Source: Botryllus schlosseri
Lineage: Eukaryota
Reading direction: 5' to 3'
DNA: 64,000 nt
NCBI GenBank assembly: GCA_051294905.1
Contig: CM119378.1
Span: 11,656,001 to 11,720,000 of the forward strand
Of the stretch, positions 38,858 to 51,936 are shown one piece after another (the first letter of the stretch is position 1; each line of letters starts with the position of its first letter). The position numbers were made by a program, and so were the translations under genes. Below the pieces are notes generated by a model that was not told the DNA's origin, did not search any database, and saw only the letters and a list, made by a program, of their open reading frames with translations.

Positions 38858-40290
38858 CCCTTTGTAACCGGCCGGCCTACTGACCAAAATTTTACTACGT
38901 CCACAAAAAAAGCGATAAAATGTCATCCATATGACTTAAATAGACGCCTAATATATTGCCGTAAACCTGAAGTAGCCGCCTAGCGGTCTGAGATACTCTC
39001 ATGGCTCAGACGCCAGAGGGAATACCGTTATGCGAGAAAATGTTCTCGGTTTCTGGAAAATAAAATACAATTTTGTTTTTCTATACCTCCTGACGTCATA
39101 CCTAGGCCATCTCTTGGTGTATGATTACCTGATTGCCTTCCGCGTGAATCTCTACGTTCCAACGAGACATTACACGCTACTATAGCGCTTCAGAGCCCAG
39201 CGCTACGATCTTGGAAAGGTAGAGATGATAAGCACAATCACGCGGCCGCCGCCGATGTGTAATCGATTACGTAATCTCGTATTCTCGCTGAAGGCAACGC
39301 GCGTCCAGCTCTACATAACATAGTAACTGGCTTGGCAATTTTGCCTGTAGTACATATATATCCATGCTATTGAAGTGTTATCAACCCCAGTTGCTTGTTG
39401 TATGTAACTTGCAACTGCAAGGGATCCGTAAGTATACACATATTGCCTTATTCGTCACTGCCCAGTGCCCATATACGCTCGAGAAGTCATTTCACGTGAT
39501 ACATTATTGCTTTATTTCACATCAATTTGAACTGTATTCTACACGGCTAATGTTCCATGTATGATCAACAGTAGTCATAGAAGCCAACAGTAACTACGTG
39601 TGCCATCTAAACAGATATATAACTGCCTCTACATGATGTTGTTATTACAGGCTCGGGTACCAAAATAGCCTAACTCGCACGCTTATTTGTGCAGTGTTAG
39701 GGCTGGTGTCGGCTTTCTTATACAAAGCTAATCTCCATGATTGGGATATTGATGAATATGCCCGGATAATGGCTAACCATATGTACAATTAGCTATTGCG
39801 TGAAGCAATTGTACATCTGTTTGAAACCGCAACGAGTCAGGTGATCTTACGCAGCCATGATTTTCACGTAATAAGGTATGCTTCTTTCACGTCAATTTGA
39901 AACATCTTCTACGTGATAATCTTCGATATAAGGACTTTCATAGAATAGTATGACCTACAACAAGTCATAGAAGATAACTGTAATTGGTTATATGACACCT
40001 AGAACGGAAGATACAATGGTTTATATTTAAGGCAGTCATTCACGCGAACATCATTACAAATTTAATTTTGCAAGAAACGTTTTTGCGTGTTCAGTCTGCA
40101 TTTCAAACAGGATATACCTTGCAACAATAGGTTATACATGGTGTATTGTATGCGTTTTCATAAGAGCTATCTATACAAACCTATTGCAATAGTTTATGAC
40201 CAATACAGGTCTAGCTATATTCGATTAATTACCGACTCCTCTATGTTAAACAGTCACGGTCTAGTATACTAGACCGCCGGTCGCAAAGGG
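38858..40290. mobile_element. Non-autonomous piggyBac-type element
   Basis: TTAA on both sides; TIR ccctttgtaaccggc / gccggtcgcaaaggg. Confidence 0.8.
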
Positions 40291-41975
40291 TTAACAACCA
40301 AAAGTTTGAGCGACTAGCAACGACTAACAACGAATAGGCTACAAAACAGGGTTAGGTTTAGGGTACAGTATATAGTCAAAAAAGTATTATCATATCTGTA
40401 CGGGTTAGGGTTTGGGTATATTATATAGTAAAAGAAAAATACTAAATATCTACGGGTTAGTATATAGTTAAAGAATTAATACTATTATTATCAATAGACG
40501 TAGGAATTCGGATGGGGAGGACAAAACAAAAAGGTGGCTTGTCAGATAAAATGTTATATAATATACAGTAGTCTGGTTAGTTAGCCAATCTAAGAAGTAA
40601 GAACTGCACAACCGTAGTTGAGATCCAGTATCGTGATCCGAAGTCGTATACAATGTTAATCTGCCGAGGGCAGCATAGCGGTAAATCACAAAAAGCTGCG
40701 CCCGTAAGTGCCTGAAGCAGCACAATTGGTAGTCCTATAACGGGCGATCCAATTTTGATATGTCTGGTCCTATTCAAAAGCTGGTGATGTACTGATTACG
40801 GACATTCAAATTAAATCTCGCCAAGGCAATATGACCACTATAAAATAGCCGCCAATTGCCTCGAGCAATTATTCAGAAGAATGCCAATTTTTAGACTTTG
40901 ACGACAATTTTTGGGGATGATTCCATTGAGTTGTTATTGATATGTTCCAATCGAGGGCAAATCTTACGCTGATTTAATTTGACTTTGGCAATGAAATTAA
41001 CAATAGCCTACTTATCGGGACTATGCCAGAAACCCGGATAAGGCTACACTGCTCAAATGCTCTGATATCGGATCAATATTTGGCAAATTCTAAAATATTC
41101 TACTGTTTCTACCACGGCACGTCAAATGTGCGCTAGCTGTAATATTATAATGCGGCAGTTTTTTATGGTGCCATGATGCATTTGTCTCGCATGGTGTCTA
41201 TAACTCATTATTTTGACATATTATGCCCAGCACAAAAACAATTCTATCGACATTTTTGAAAATATTATTTTTTCGTGCCAAGCGTGAATAGTACAATAGT
41301 GAATTACATTTTCACGATGTTTGTGGAATGCCTGTCTGCAACGTCCCGTCAAATAATGCCTACTTAGAAATTATACATTGAATACCCCTATTATTGATAC
41401 TGCGGCTGCTGCGTCATCAAAAACTAGGAAATTAACCCGCAAACACATTTGAGTTCGAAACCCCTGGTCTAGGCCCTAGGGCTCTAGAGCTTCCGCGAAT
41501 GGATCCACCAAATTCCTTGTCGAAGTTTAAAGAGATTATATGCCATCATATGCCAATTATTTTATGTTGTGCTTGTCAGGTCTCAATAACAATATACTGT
41601 AATTGAAATTGTAATTAGCAAAATTTTGATCAAATTGCTATTACAATTACATGAACAAATGTAATTAAATACATTTAGCTCAATTACAGATTACAATTGA
41701 TCCAACTCAGTTGGCCAGTAAAATTTTATATTCATTTTTATCAAATGAATTCCAAACTCTTCTGATATAGCAAGGCTTTGATAGGTTAGAATTGAGCCAA
41801 AATTAGTGTGCAACGTTTTTTCAAGCAACCCAACAATTTTATCAAGTAGCCAGTGAACAGTCCTAATCGTCACACCTTCCTAGCGAATATGATTTATTGT
41901 AGGGAACGAACAACAAAAAGGTTTGACTTGTCTTGTTCATTTATTTGTAGTTTGAACAATAATTATGTTTCATAG

Positions 41976-42038
41976 ATGAGGTGCTTGATGAAACACCGCA
42001 AACCACTTCGGAACCTCTGTCATTCAACGAAACTGACT
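41976..42038 (+). CDS. Symmetric (1-1) linker exon, duplicate of 47415-47477
   Basis: 63 nt, DEVLDETPQTTSEPLSFNETD, donor gtgagc; possible 18-nt micro-exon 41903-41920 upstream. Confidence 0.62.
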
Positions 42039-42879
42039 GTGAGCTTTTGTTCTTCTAATATATAATAATATATATCTTGGTTGTGAAATTTCTTATAGTC
42101 TGTTGAAGTAAAATTTGATAATATTTGTTGATTTAATTTGGATGGTCGCGACGAATAGTCCTGTCTTCTCAATCGGAGCCCGACAATACAAATGCCACCC
42201 AGGGCACACACTGAAGAAAATGTTGCGCCCCGTGCAGAAATGACTATTTCTGGGTGCTTCTCATGAAAGGCTTTCGTTTAGTTTTCTTATAGTCTGCTAC
42301 TTTTGGGTGACTGTAATATCATTTGACTACATATCACGAATTAACAACATACAATAAAGTAATATTAGCAACGGGACCGACCGAAGATCTATTAGTTATA
42401 AATTACGTGCCCTAAAATATCGCGCTTGGCGCGACTTGACAGCAAATACACATCGCATCAAAACGTTTCTTACAGTTGTGGCGAAAAGCCCGGTCATAAA
42501 ATGGGGGGTCTGGGGGACTTCGGCTGCCATAAGTTTTATTAATCACCCTAGGGGGGCCAAGAACACCGTTTTGGGACTGGCGGAATGCTGTTTCGGTCCT
42601 GGTTCTAGCTGCAACCCACACTAACATGGTGTATAAGCGGATGGTTATAGTGGCAGATCTAAATGCGGAGTATGGAATTGTGAAATAGCGATTGGTGCCC
42701 GATTCCAGTAGGGCCGTATGACAATAGGATAAAATAAACATACTATTCTGCCCACAATTCATTTAATACAGATATTTCGAGCTGCGGTTACACAAGTAAC
42801 GGCAAATAACGGCTCGGTTATCATATTTTATCAGCAGCCATTGGTTTTAATGCTTTGATGTAGAAATCCGCAAAATTTT

Positions 42880-45647
42880 CACGATTGTTCACCCTAAAAT
42901 AGGGGGAGCGTATTATACATGGGTACAACAAGCCTTGAAAAAATCTCTCTCGATAAAAAAACTTGAAATCACACCTATCTTCATGTTTGTTTTCAATCGC
43001 GCATCACTTTCAGCCATCTGGCGTAGTAATCAGTGGGAAGCGTGTTGTCAATTAACGAGAGTCGTGTGCAAAAGCACGCGATCTCTTGCTGAGTTAGTTT
43101 GCCGTTTGTAAGCGAGCGAAATTAGGTCGCTAATAGACACTCGCGCGAGGCAATTCGTGCCAATTCATCGCGTCAACGACAGGCCCGAACAATCGCATAT
43201 GCAATTTATACATACAGTGGCCATGTGGCCAATTTATACAAGAGGCCATGTGCGCAAGATAGAATCGCTTGCGTAATCAATCGCATCTCCAACAGACTTG
43301 TTGCGCATGACATAACCGTTGGCCTAGGCGCAATTGCATCTGTAATAGGCATCGTGCGCAAGATGTCGGTTCGCTGGTCTAAACCAGTGGTTCTTAACCT
43401 TGCCTCCAGCGCCCCCCAAGGGGCTCTGGCGATTTTGAAGGGGGCGGAAACGCTCTGGGGACGATATGGGGGGCGCTGGGCTCAAGGGGGCGGTATGGGG
43501 GGCGCTGGAGAGAATGGCGTCGCAGTAGATGATATGGTGGTAGGACATATCGCTAATGAGTATTCAGAGCAAATTAACACCGAAAACTTCTACATATAAG
43601 TTTAATTGTCCAAGGGCGCCTAACTGACTGGCACCGAATGTTCCTTCCTGTCTTGGTAATCTGAACCCCAGAAGACGAATTCCATCTGGCAGGGAAAAAT
43701 TACATGCTAGTGGAGAAATCCCAATTTGAAATCGTGTGCGTCTTTTAGTTTAGTACGTTCGGGCGACAGGGATATCTAAAGCTAGATATTCCTGTTGGGC
43801 GATTCTATATTTTTTGATATAGCAGACAGGAGTTTACAAAATAACATCATGCAACAAAGTCATACCAACGGGTTTGCCCGCCCGATTATGTTTAATTATT
43901 AGTTACGGGCCCTACAGTTTCCAAGACACCTCACAATGTTCGTTCTACGTTTTGACGAGTCTGCACACACTCAACAACTCACTGCGCAGACCTTTGGACA
44001 ACAGTGCGTAACGACTAAAATAAGGTCATAACTTCGGATTTGTTGTGCGCAACGTAGATTTTCTGTGCGCACTGCGCAGAGATCGTGTCAGCACTGGGCA
44101 CGTGCGCAGCTTAGAAGGAACATTGCACCTCACTCAGCTCTAACGGTAAATCTGGTAACATGAGCAGAGAGGACAAGAAATTGATTGCAATATATATGCA
44201 ATTCCCGATCTTACTGACCGATTTTATCATGAATTACCGAAGGCTTTCGCACTTCGCACTGGCTCGCTAAACAGTACAGCTTATTTCGTGGCTAAAGCGA
44301 ACAACGTGATGGGGGGCGGTCGGTTTATCTCAGTATGGGAGACCAAGACCCAAGTTTTTTCGGGGGGCCTGACGAAGTGCCGTTTCGTTCCTGCCAACGG
44401 GTATACGCCCGAAGATGCATAGTTATTATTGAGGGGTCCTGCCTTTGCAATCAGACATCACTCAGCTCTACCGGTAAATCTGTTTACGTGAGCAGAGAGA
44501 CGATAAAAATTGATATCAATATACATGCAATTCCCGATCATATTGACCAATTCAATCATTAATTATTGAAATTTTTTGCGCTTCGCGCGTCTGGGCGTGA
44601 TTAGCTGGCTCAGTGCACGGACACCCAATGTAGATGACTAGTATCAGCAAATAGCAGATAACCGAAGGAGGGTCTGGGGGCGAACCCCCCCGGAAGTCTG
44701 GCTTATCACTCGATGGGTGGCCCACGACCAACGTTTTTTTGGGAGAGGGGCGGCTGACAAAGTGCTGTTACGGCCCTGGTCACGAATTAATTGTACCTAC
44801 GGGCACGCCCGAATATGTTTAATTAATGATTACGTGCCTGTTATTTACTCATACAACAGCTCACTCAGCGCTACTGGTAAATCTGATTACGTGGGCTGGG
44901 AGGATAAAAAGTTTATAGCGACTTATATATGTAATTGCCACCTATTCATTCATGCATTATAGAAAATTTTGGTACCTTAGGGCGACCAGGCCACACAAAA
45001 TCACGTTACGGCGCTCTTGGGGGCGAAGCCCTCAGAAGTTTGGTTTATCACGCTTCGGGTGCGCAAGGCAATCAATTTTAGGGGGATTTACGAAGTGCTG
45101 TTACGGCCCTCTCTCTTAGTCATTGTCTTTACTACATTCCTTACAATATGAGGTTGGGGGGTGCTGGAGCACGATAATTTTTGAAAGGGGGCGCTGGAGG
45201 AAAAAAGGTTAAGAACCACTGGTCTAAACTAACTCGCCGCCGGCCTCGCAGGCTTTGGCTGCTATCTACTATCGTTTAGAGACAATACCGTTAATTGTAT
45301 GATGATTAGCAATCGCATCTGTAAAAGGTCTCCTCGTGCTCAAGATATCGTGTCGCTAGCCTGAACTATCGCGCCGCCGCCTCGCAGGCTTTGGCTGCTA
45401 TCTACTATCGTTTTAAGACAATCCCGCTAATTGTATAATGATTAGCGATCGTTGTGTAATGATTGTTCAAGAGTGACATCGCGAAACAGAATGACATTGT
45501 ATACGAAATCGGAACTACTGAACGGAACTGTACTGAAATGCAGGGTGCGTACTATACATGGGTACAGGCTTTTCCCCCAGAATTAACATGCTATTTTAGG
45601 GGTGCGTAATATAAATGGGGGCGTACTATACTTGGAAAATTACGGTA
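42880..45647. mobile_element. Tc1/pogo-type MITE (inverted relative to 59364-60382) hosting the 43385 hAT element
   Basis: Right end ggaaaattacgg+TA; internal sequence is the reverse complement of about 59400-60340; left TIR not found. Confidence 0.6.
43385..45221. mobile_element. 1.8-kb non-autonomous Charlie/Buster hAT element
   Basis: TIR cagtggttcttaacc; 8-bp TSD gtctaaac; three internal repeat units (about 44130, 44460, 44860). Confidence 0.9.
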
Positions 45648-46321
45648 GGCATAGAGGTGATTATTATCCTGCCAAAGGTAATACATGTGACACAATAATG
45701 AGCAGTGGCATTCGAAAATCCGACGTCTCTGCTATCAATAACGTTTCATGAATGTTCAGTCTATGTCATGGCCCTTGCACAAATAAAAAGTAATCGTTCT
45801 TCCACAAAGAAATCGATTAGATATGTGAAATAGGTGATTACGATTACGATTACTTCGGATTTTTTTCGAATATAATCGATTGCGATTACGATTACTTGGA
45901 AATGCTGTAATCATTGTAATCGATTACGATTACTAATCACGATTACCCCATGTCTGGTACTGCAGTAATACAAAGGTGTGTGTCCTGGTGAGTAGAAGTA
46001 TAGCTAACCAAAGTATTATAGGTTTAGCTGGCTGACTACTTAACCTGGAGTCCTGTACTGTATCCTGGTGAGATCTTCTTAAGACGCCGATATACGCATA
46101 TATTTCAGACGTTGTTACAAGTAGGTTTAGCAAATGAGTCTCTTGATACGAGAGAATCAGTAGTTTTATACTAGAGGCAAATTACTCTAGAACAGGATGT
46201 CTCTCGGTTACGAGATATACACATTTCATGGTTGGGTGATAGCAGGGCTCACCGACAGTACATCTATTTATTGAAGACTCTTGAGAAATTGCACCGATAT
46301 CGTGATGTAAATACACGACAG

Positions 46322-46378
46322 GCAGTATAAAATTGATTGATGAAAAAGGCATCACCCAATCCCATAACTTCTCTAAGG
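46322..46378 (+). CDS. Candidate symmetric exon (weak); its duplicate at 50372-50428 has lost the donor
   Basis: 57 nt, SIKLIDEKGITQSHNFSK; weak acceptor. Confidence 0.3.
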
Positions 46379-47092
46379 GTTGGGGACATGAGTTTGAATT
46401 GATTCCAGTGCGTCAAATATGGAAATAGTTAAAAGACTTCCACTTCTGCTTAACAGTTCTTTATCGAGGGATTTTTTTCAAGGTTTGTTGTACCCATGTA
46501 TAATACGCACTTCCCTATTTTAGGGCAAAAATTCAGTAAAATTTTGCGCATTATACATGGAAAATTACGGTGGATGTTACAATTTCCAAGAAGTGTCAAA
46601 ACCGCCAAACATGTCAAAAGAGGTCGAACTCTTATACTGCATAAATATGGTTGTAACAGATTGAACCCATTTCTCTGCACCTTCCGCAGAGCTCATTTTC
46701 ATTTTTGACGGACTGCTTTTCACAGCTACTTACTTGAGCAGATTCAAAGTCAACAAATTCTACTTCCACTTGAAGTACAATTAGGTTGTTTATAACGTCA
46801 TTAGTAATTCTCGTACTTGGAGTAGATTTTGTTGTGGCTACTTTTACTTCTAGTTGAGTAGATTTCTTGGCTACTTCGACCCCCGCAGGTGGTATCACTG
46901 ATTTTTGCGTAATACAAATTACTTACAAAATTTTTGATCATTTTGGTGATACTTACAGATTAGAGCGGCCGACCCATGCCTCACGTAATTTGTTGTTATG
47001 TATTGTTTTTTTTAGTCATTAGCTAGTGAGATATTGCCTTTCAATACTGATATATTTTTATGTTGAACGCTGAACATTTGTTTCATTATCAG

Positions 47093-47200
47093 ATCCTACA
47101 GACCATTCTTTACCTGCAACATCAGTCAGTGAAGTCGACCACACAGGAATTACTATGACTCACTCTTACCAACCAGCTGTGATCATGGGAGATTCCACAG
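47093..47200 (+). CDS. Symmetric (1-1) linker exon, duplicate of 63847-63954
   Basis: 108 nt, DPTDHSLPATSVSEVDHTGITMTHSYQPAVIMGDST. Confidence 0.68.
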
Positions 47201-47269
47201 GTTTGAAAGTTGAATGAGTTTAAAATCAATGGCAGGATACCCAGAGTTATATTCTTTTCTTCACATCAG

Positions 47270-47356
47270 GGACTGACTTTTCCACATACCGGGATAAACT
47301 CGTGACTAAACCTGAAAACCATACAAATGAGTATGTAAGGAACGAACAACAAAAAG
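47270..47356 (+). CDS. Symmetric (1-1) linker exon
   Basis: 87 nt, TDFSTYRDKLVTKPENHTNEYVRNEQQK; alternative internal donors possible. Confidence 0.5.
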
Positions 47357-47414
47357 GTTTGACTCGTCTTGTTGTCCACTTCTTTGTAGTTTGAACAATT
47401 ATTGTGTTTTATAG

Positions 47415-47477
47415 ATGAGGTGATTTGTGGAATGCCACGAATCTGCACGGAACCTTCGTCATTCAATGAAACTGACT
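47415..47477 (+). CDS. Symmetric (1-1) linker exon
   Basis: 63 nt, DEVICGMPRICTEPSSFNETD, donor gtgagc. Confidence 0.62.
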
Positions 47478-47965
47478 GTGAGCTTTTCTTCGTTTAAAAT
47501 ATATTTTGGTTGCGAAATCTCTTATAGCCTGTTGAAGTAAAATTACCTAATTTTTATCTGTTGTCACAAATACAAAATGCTTCTGAAATTTGGAATTTTA
47601 ATCACCTATGACCAGGCCATGTTATTTTTGGCATTTCGGGGACCAAATGCCAGAACTGCCAAAAATAAAAAAATTTAAAGTGCCAAAAATAGGGTTTTTG
47701 AAAATTAAGATTTTTATGAAAGATTTTGATAAATATTGCAACAAGAATTGTCACGGGTTTGTATGAAGTGACAAAACAAATCTGTAAAGCAGAATTAATA
47801 GGTGAATCTTTCGGCAGGGCTGTAGAACACTATCCAAGGGGTCCATGAAAGGCAAATGAAAAGGCCAAAAATTTCAGCGAGTAAATCCGGATTTACGGCC
47901 AATCTGTGGATTGCTCAGTCTAGTGATTAGGAAATATGATGATATCCAGCGATTAGGATCTAGAT

Positions 47966-49430
47966 CAGTGGTTCCCAACCTTTTTGTCTTCATTCCCCAC
48001 TTCAGATTTATTCCGAGCCTTCATTCCCCACCAGGATCATAACAGCTCTTTGTCAGCCAAGGTGGGTTTCTGATCTCAAAGACTACTCCAAGTTGTTTCG
48101 ACACCTTCCTATCTTTTCATTGTATCGCAGTTAGGAGGTGTGTTGAAATGATGAAAGTATTAATAAACTGACTGACTGAGCCCTGCCCGAAAAAATCGTA
48201 GGTTTTGCGCCCCCAGAAACCCCTCAGCCCCGCTGAGCCTGTACGCTTTTCCCCTGCAACTGATCAGCTACATGGGTCTGCTGTTTAGTGCGTCGCCTCA
48301 CTTCGACTAAACGCGGGCAGCGCAGAAAATTTATATAATTCGTGTTTGAATCGGCCAATATGATCGGGAATTACATATATTTTGCTATCAATTTTTTAGA
48401 CCCTCTCAGCTCACGTAATCAGATTTACCGGTAGAGCTGAGTGAGGTGTGTTAGAAAAGTTAGGACCCCTAAATAAGAATTAAACATCTTCGGGCGGACC
48501 CGTTGGTATATTGACTTCGTTACATTGTGCTATTTCGTGACCTCCTAGATCTGCTATGTTAAGAGATATGGAAATCGCCAAAACTAGAAGGCACACACGA
48601 TTTCAAATTGGTATTACTTTACTGGCAAATAATTTTTCCCTGTGGGGTTCAGATCGCTAGGACAGGAACATTCGGCGCCAGCCATTTAGCCAATTAACAT
48701 ATATGTATATTGTATATATATCGAAGTCTTGGGTCACCACAAGGGCATTCTATCTCGGCCAAGGTCTTCTCGTTGCTGATAGTTCTGGCACACTTCTCGG
48801 AGTTGCATGTTACATGTCCTATAACTTCACATGCATTGGTGCTTCGTGGCGCAGTAATGGTCGACGCCGAAGTCTCCATTTCTATAAGTTCCTAGTATTT
48901 TCGTGGGGAAAGGGTACCCAATAATCAGATATTCGGAATATTAAATCGCGCACCCAGTGCTATTTTTTTTTTGAAAAAATGGTATCCATTTAAAATAAAA
49001 CTCCGAGCTCGCCCCAGCACTACCCAACCCCCTCCACTATCCAGCACTTTTCTCATCACAGAGCAGCTATTTGCTGGTTTGACTACACAAGACACACGAC
49101 CAGGCCTCATGCCAGTACACAAGACAATCACTCATAACTGCAACATAAGACGTATTGTGAACCGATACCAGTAACGCTCAAAATTTCGCGAAACCGTTAG
49201 TTCACGTCAAACTAGTCGTGACGACATCATTGGCCATCCAGAGGTAAAAATGAGATTTTGTGAACAACACGCAATATAATTTTCGATACACACATTCCAC
49301 AGCAGTTAACTGGTACGGTAATTGATCATGTCTGTCCGTGAATATGTAGACTTTCCTCTATATAATTTTGAACAAATGCGTCTATTCCTCACCAGAAACC
49401 ATGGAATTCTCCACCGTTTGGGAACCACTG
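47966..49430. mobile_element. hAT element containing a LINE 3' end and an inverted piece of the 1.8-kb family
   Basis: TIR cagtggttcccaa / ttgggaaccactg; 8-bp TSD atctagat. Confidence 0.85.
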
Positions 49431-50215
49431 ATCTAGATGATCTCTGCACGCCAAAGTAGTAATCAGCATATTTCGAAATCTGTGATAGAGGGCCCTAATT
49501 TTAAAATTTAGCGCGATTCTTAGGTATTTTCCTTTTGTCAATGCTCATGTATTTTGTCATATCATGCAGCCGCCTCGCAGGCTGCATTTATCTCAATGTG
49601 CATTATACCATATTTCATTTCCCTTTAACTTGCAATTGAAAGATGTCTGCATGTTCATTTCGTCACATTTTGCAAGGGACATAGTTTTATCAATGAACAG
49701 ACATGGTGCCAAAGGCCTTCAGATCTATATGTACCATACATACATATATACATTCAGTCCTTTCCTAGTTTTTCTTTGCCAGGTGGATAATTTGTTATAA
49801 TATAATATTGATTATTAAGGTCACTCATGATCTTGCGGTTTGTTGGCACATTGTGGATACTGCATGTTTTGTGACTTCCGTTTCATAAGAAAGACCAAAC
49901 TGAAGTGTTTTACATGATTAATTCCAGTATATAAATATGAATTCATGGCGATGCCAAAATTGCCAAAAGTAAGCTACTGTGGCATGCCAAAAATAACACG
50001 GCCTGCCTATCACCATGTTACTGATTTTTACTGCCGAAGTACTACTGATTTTAGCGAAAAATATAATTTATCAAGGAAGTTATTGTTTGATGCAATTCAT
50101 GCAACTTTTGTTCTAATATGACTGAAGAGTAGAATTTCATCTCAAAACTCATTGTAGCTGGCGGTAAGGGATTCGAAATTCGAACTTCACTGATAGAAAT
50201 GCTGTGGTTTTATAG

Positions 50216-50302
50216 ACGATGTTCTTGATGATGATGAGAAGAACGTGCAGCAGGACAATGCAGCTACATGTCAAGGGGAAAAGACAGAGAATGCTGGTAC
50301 AG
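50216..50302 (+). CDS. Symmetric (1-1) acidic linker exon
   Basis: 87 nt, DDVLDDDEKNVQQDNAATCQGEKTENAGT. Confidence 0.6.
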
Positions 50303-51162
50303 GTACTTATAGCTATTTATCGAAGCCCCTTGAATAAATTGCAACAATACCGCAATGCAAATACATGTCAGGTGGTATACAATTGGTTGATGAAAAAGGC
50401 ATCAGCGAATCCCGTAACTCATCTAAAGAATGGGGGAAATGAGTTTGAATTGATGCTAGTTCGTCAAATCTAGAATTAGTTCAACTACTTCCACTTCGGC
50501 TTAACAGTTCAGATTTGGGGATATATAATTGTAGAAGTAGTAGAATTTATGACGGTACTTCCACTTCTACGACAGTACCTATTGCTTTGACACCCTCTGA
50601 AAACTACAGCAGTAGTGGAAATTTAGATCAGAATAAATCACATCTTACTTATGAGAAGTCCCTTATAGAAATGTGCAGCAATCTTCATTGTCATCTTACT
50701 GGACAAAGAAGCATATGTTAACTTTGTGACTGCTTAAATCTCCCAGAGATAAGCAATGAGCATGGATTTTAAAAACTGGTTTAACGGTGTTGGTCAGGTT
50801 GGACTTGGTCATGACATTCTAATTATTTTCTATTTTCATGTTGCTATTGATCAAATTTCAGTCATTACCAGATTTGGATATGAAAATTGTAAATCCGCTC
50901 GTCTCCAGTATCGCTGATTTAGTTACAATTATAGATTAGGAGACCTGTGTGTTTGAATTCTAGTATGGCAATTGAATCATATAAGTCTGTTTCGTCAATT
51001 GTTTTATGATGTTCCAGTCGTTTGTTCCAAAGAGTGTGAATATAACGGGAAGAAAGATATGCACAATGGAGGTTTTATCGGCCATTACAATAGTAGAATG
51101 TGTTTGTTTGACCAACTAATCAAAATGGTGAAATAAAACATTTGTTTGCTGATAAATTTCAG

Positions 51163-51237
51163 ATGAATCTGATGAATACAAATTAAACTCCGAAACCATC
51201 CATGTTAGATCACCTGAGGTGAAAGATTGTGTAACAG
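51163..51237 (+). CDS. Symmetric (1-1) linker exon
   Basis: 75 nt, DESDEYKLNSETIHVRSPEVKDCVT. Confidence 0.58.
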
Positions 51238-51621
51238 GTTGGCTGGCCGTATCACAGTTCTGTAGCACTGTAATTATTCAACATTATTCAACATATTACA
51301 GATGTAGGATTATTGAATCTCTATCGATCCAAATGTTCAGAAATTGAACATACATTATACATTAAAGGTTTGAAATTTATAAACTGTTCCAAATTTAGTT
51401 TCTTTATCAAGAACATTGCATTGGATTTTTCTCCTTTCTGCTACCAGACTGTTCTTGTTTATAGTTATTAGACATATTTACTTGGATTTTATTTAATCAT
51501 ATTCTTTACATGTGAGAAAATTTACTGTATTATCCATGTCATAATTTGATGCTTTTTATTGTATTGGCAATACAGAAAAAGCAACTCGTTTTTATAACCA
51601 AAATTTTGGGATTAATTTTAG

Positions 51622-51663
51622 CAAAAGATCCAACAGTTTCCCATATCGATAGAACTCTCTCGG
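51622..51663 (+). CDS. Symmetric (1-1) linker exon
   Basis: 42 nt, AKDPTVSHIDRTLS, strong donor gtgagt. Confidence 0.55.
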
Positions 51664-51726
51664 GTGAGTTTTGTTATAAATTTTTTGCACATGAAAATCT
51701 TGATTGTGTGTTATGTTCGCGAATAG

Positions 51727-51857
51727 GTTCGAGCTCAGACTCGAATGATGATGGGCCGTTGGAAGCATTCGGAGGACAATCCTCTGATCTCCTAATAAAG
51801 TATAGACACAACTTGGAAGTAATGGTCAAACTGGTCTGGCCTGCAGAAATAGGGCAA
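51727..51857 (+). CDS. Exon ending in a CARD helix-1-like segment (or terminal exon reading to TAA 51864-51866)
   Basis: GSSSDSNDDGPLEAFGGQSSDLLIKYRHNLEVMVKLVWPAEIGQ; follows a 63-nt intron. Confidence 0.55.
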
Positions 51858-51936
51858 GTATCTTAATTTACATTTTTGTAACACTATCTATTTGATTTGA
51901 GTAGTGTGCATATTCTATGTCGTATTCTATCCATAC

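Noticed and set aside
43225-43599. 124-aa Gly-rich ORF and similar ORFs at 13595, 55845 and 62448
   Set aside because: They span MITE boundaries or GC-rich MITE ends and have no coding support.
46632-46898. Minus-strand ORFs with a CxRCRE motif (also 37735-37953) suggesting a zinc-binding protein
   Set aside because: Both fall in the tacttgagta-type repeat. The copies at 37.9k and 63.6k differ by frameshifting indels and stops, so the similarity is DNA-level only.
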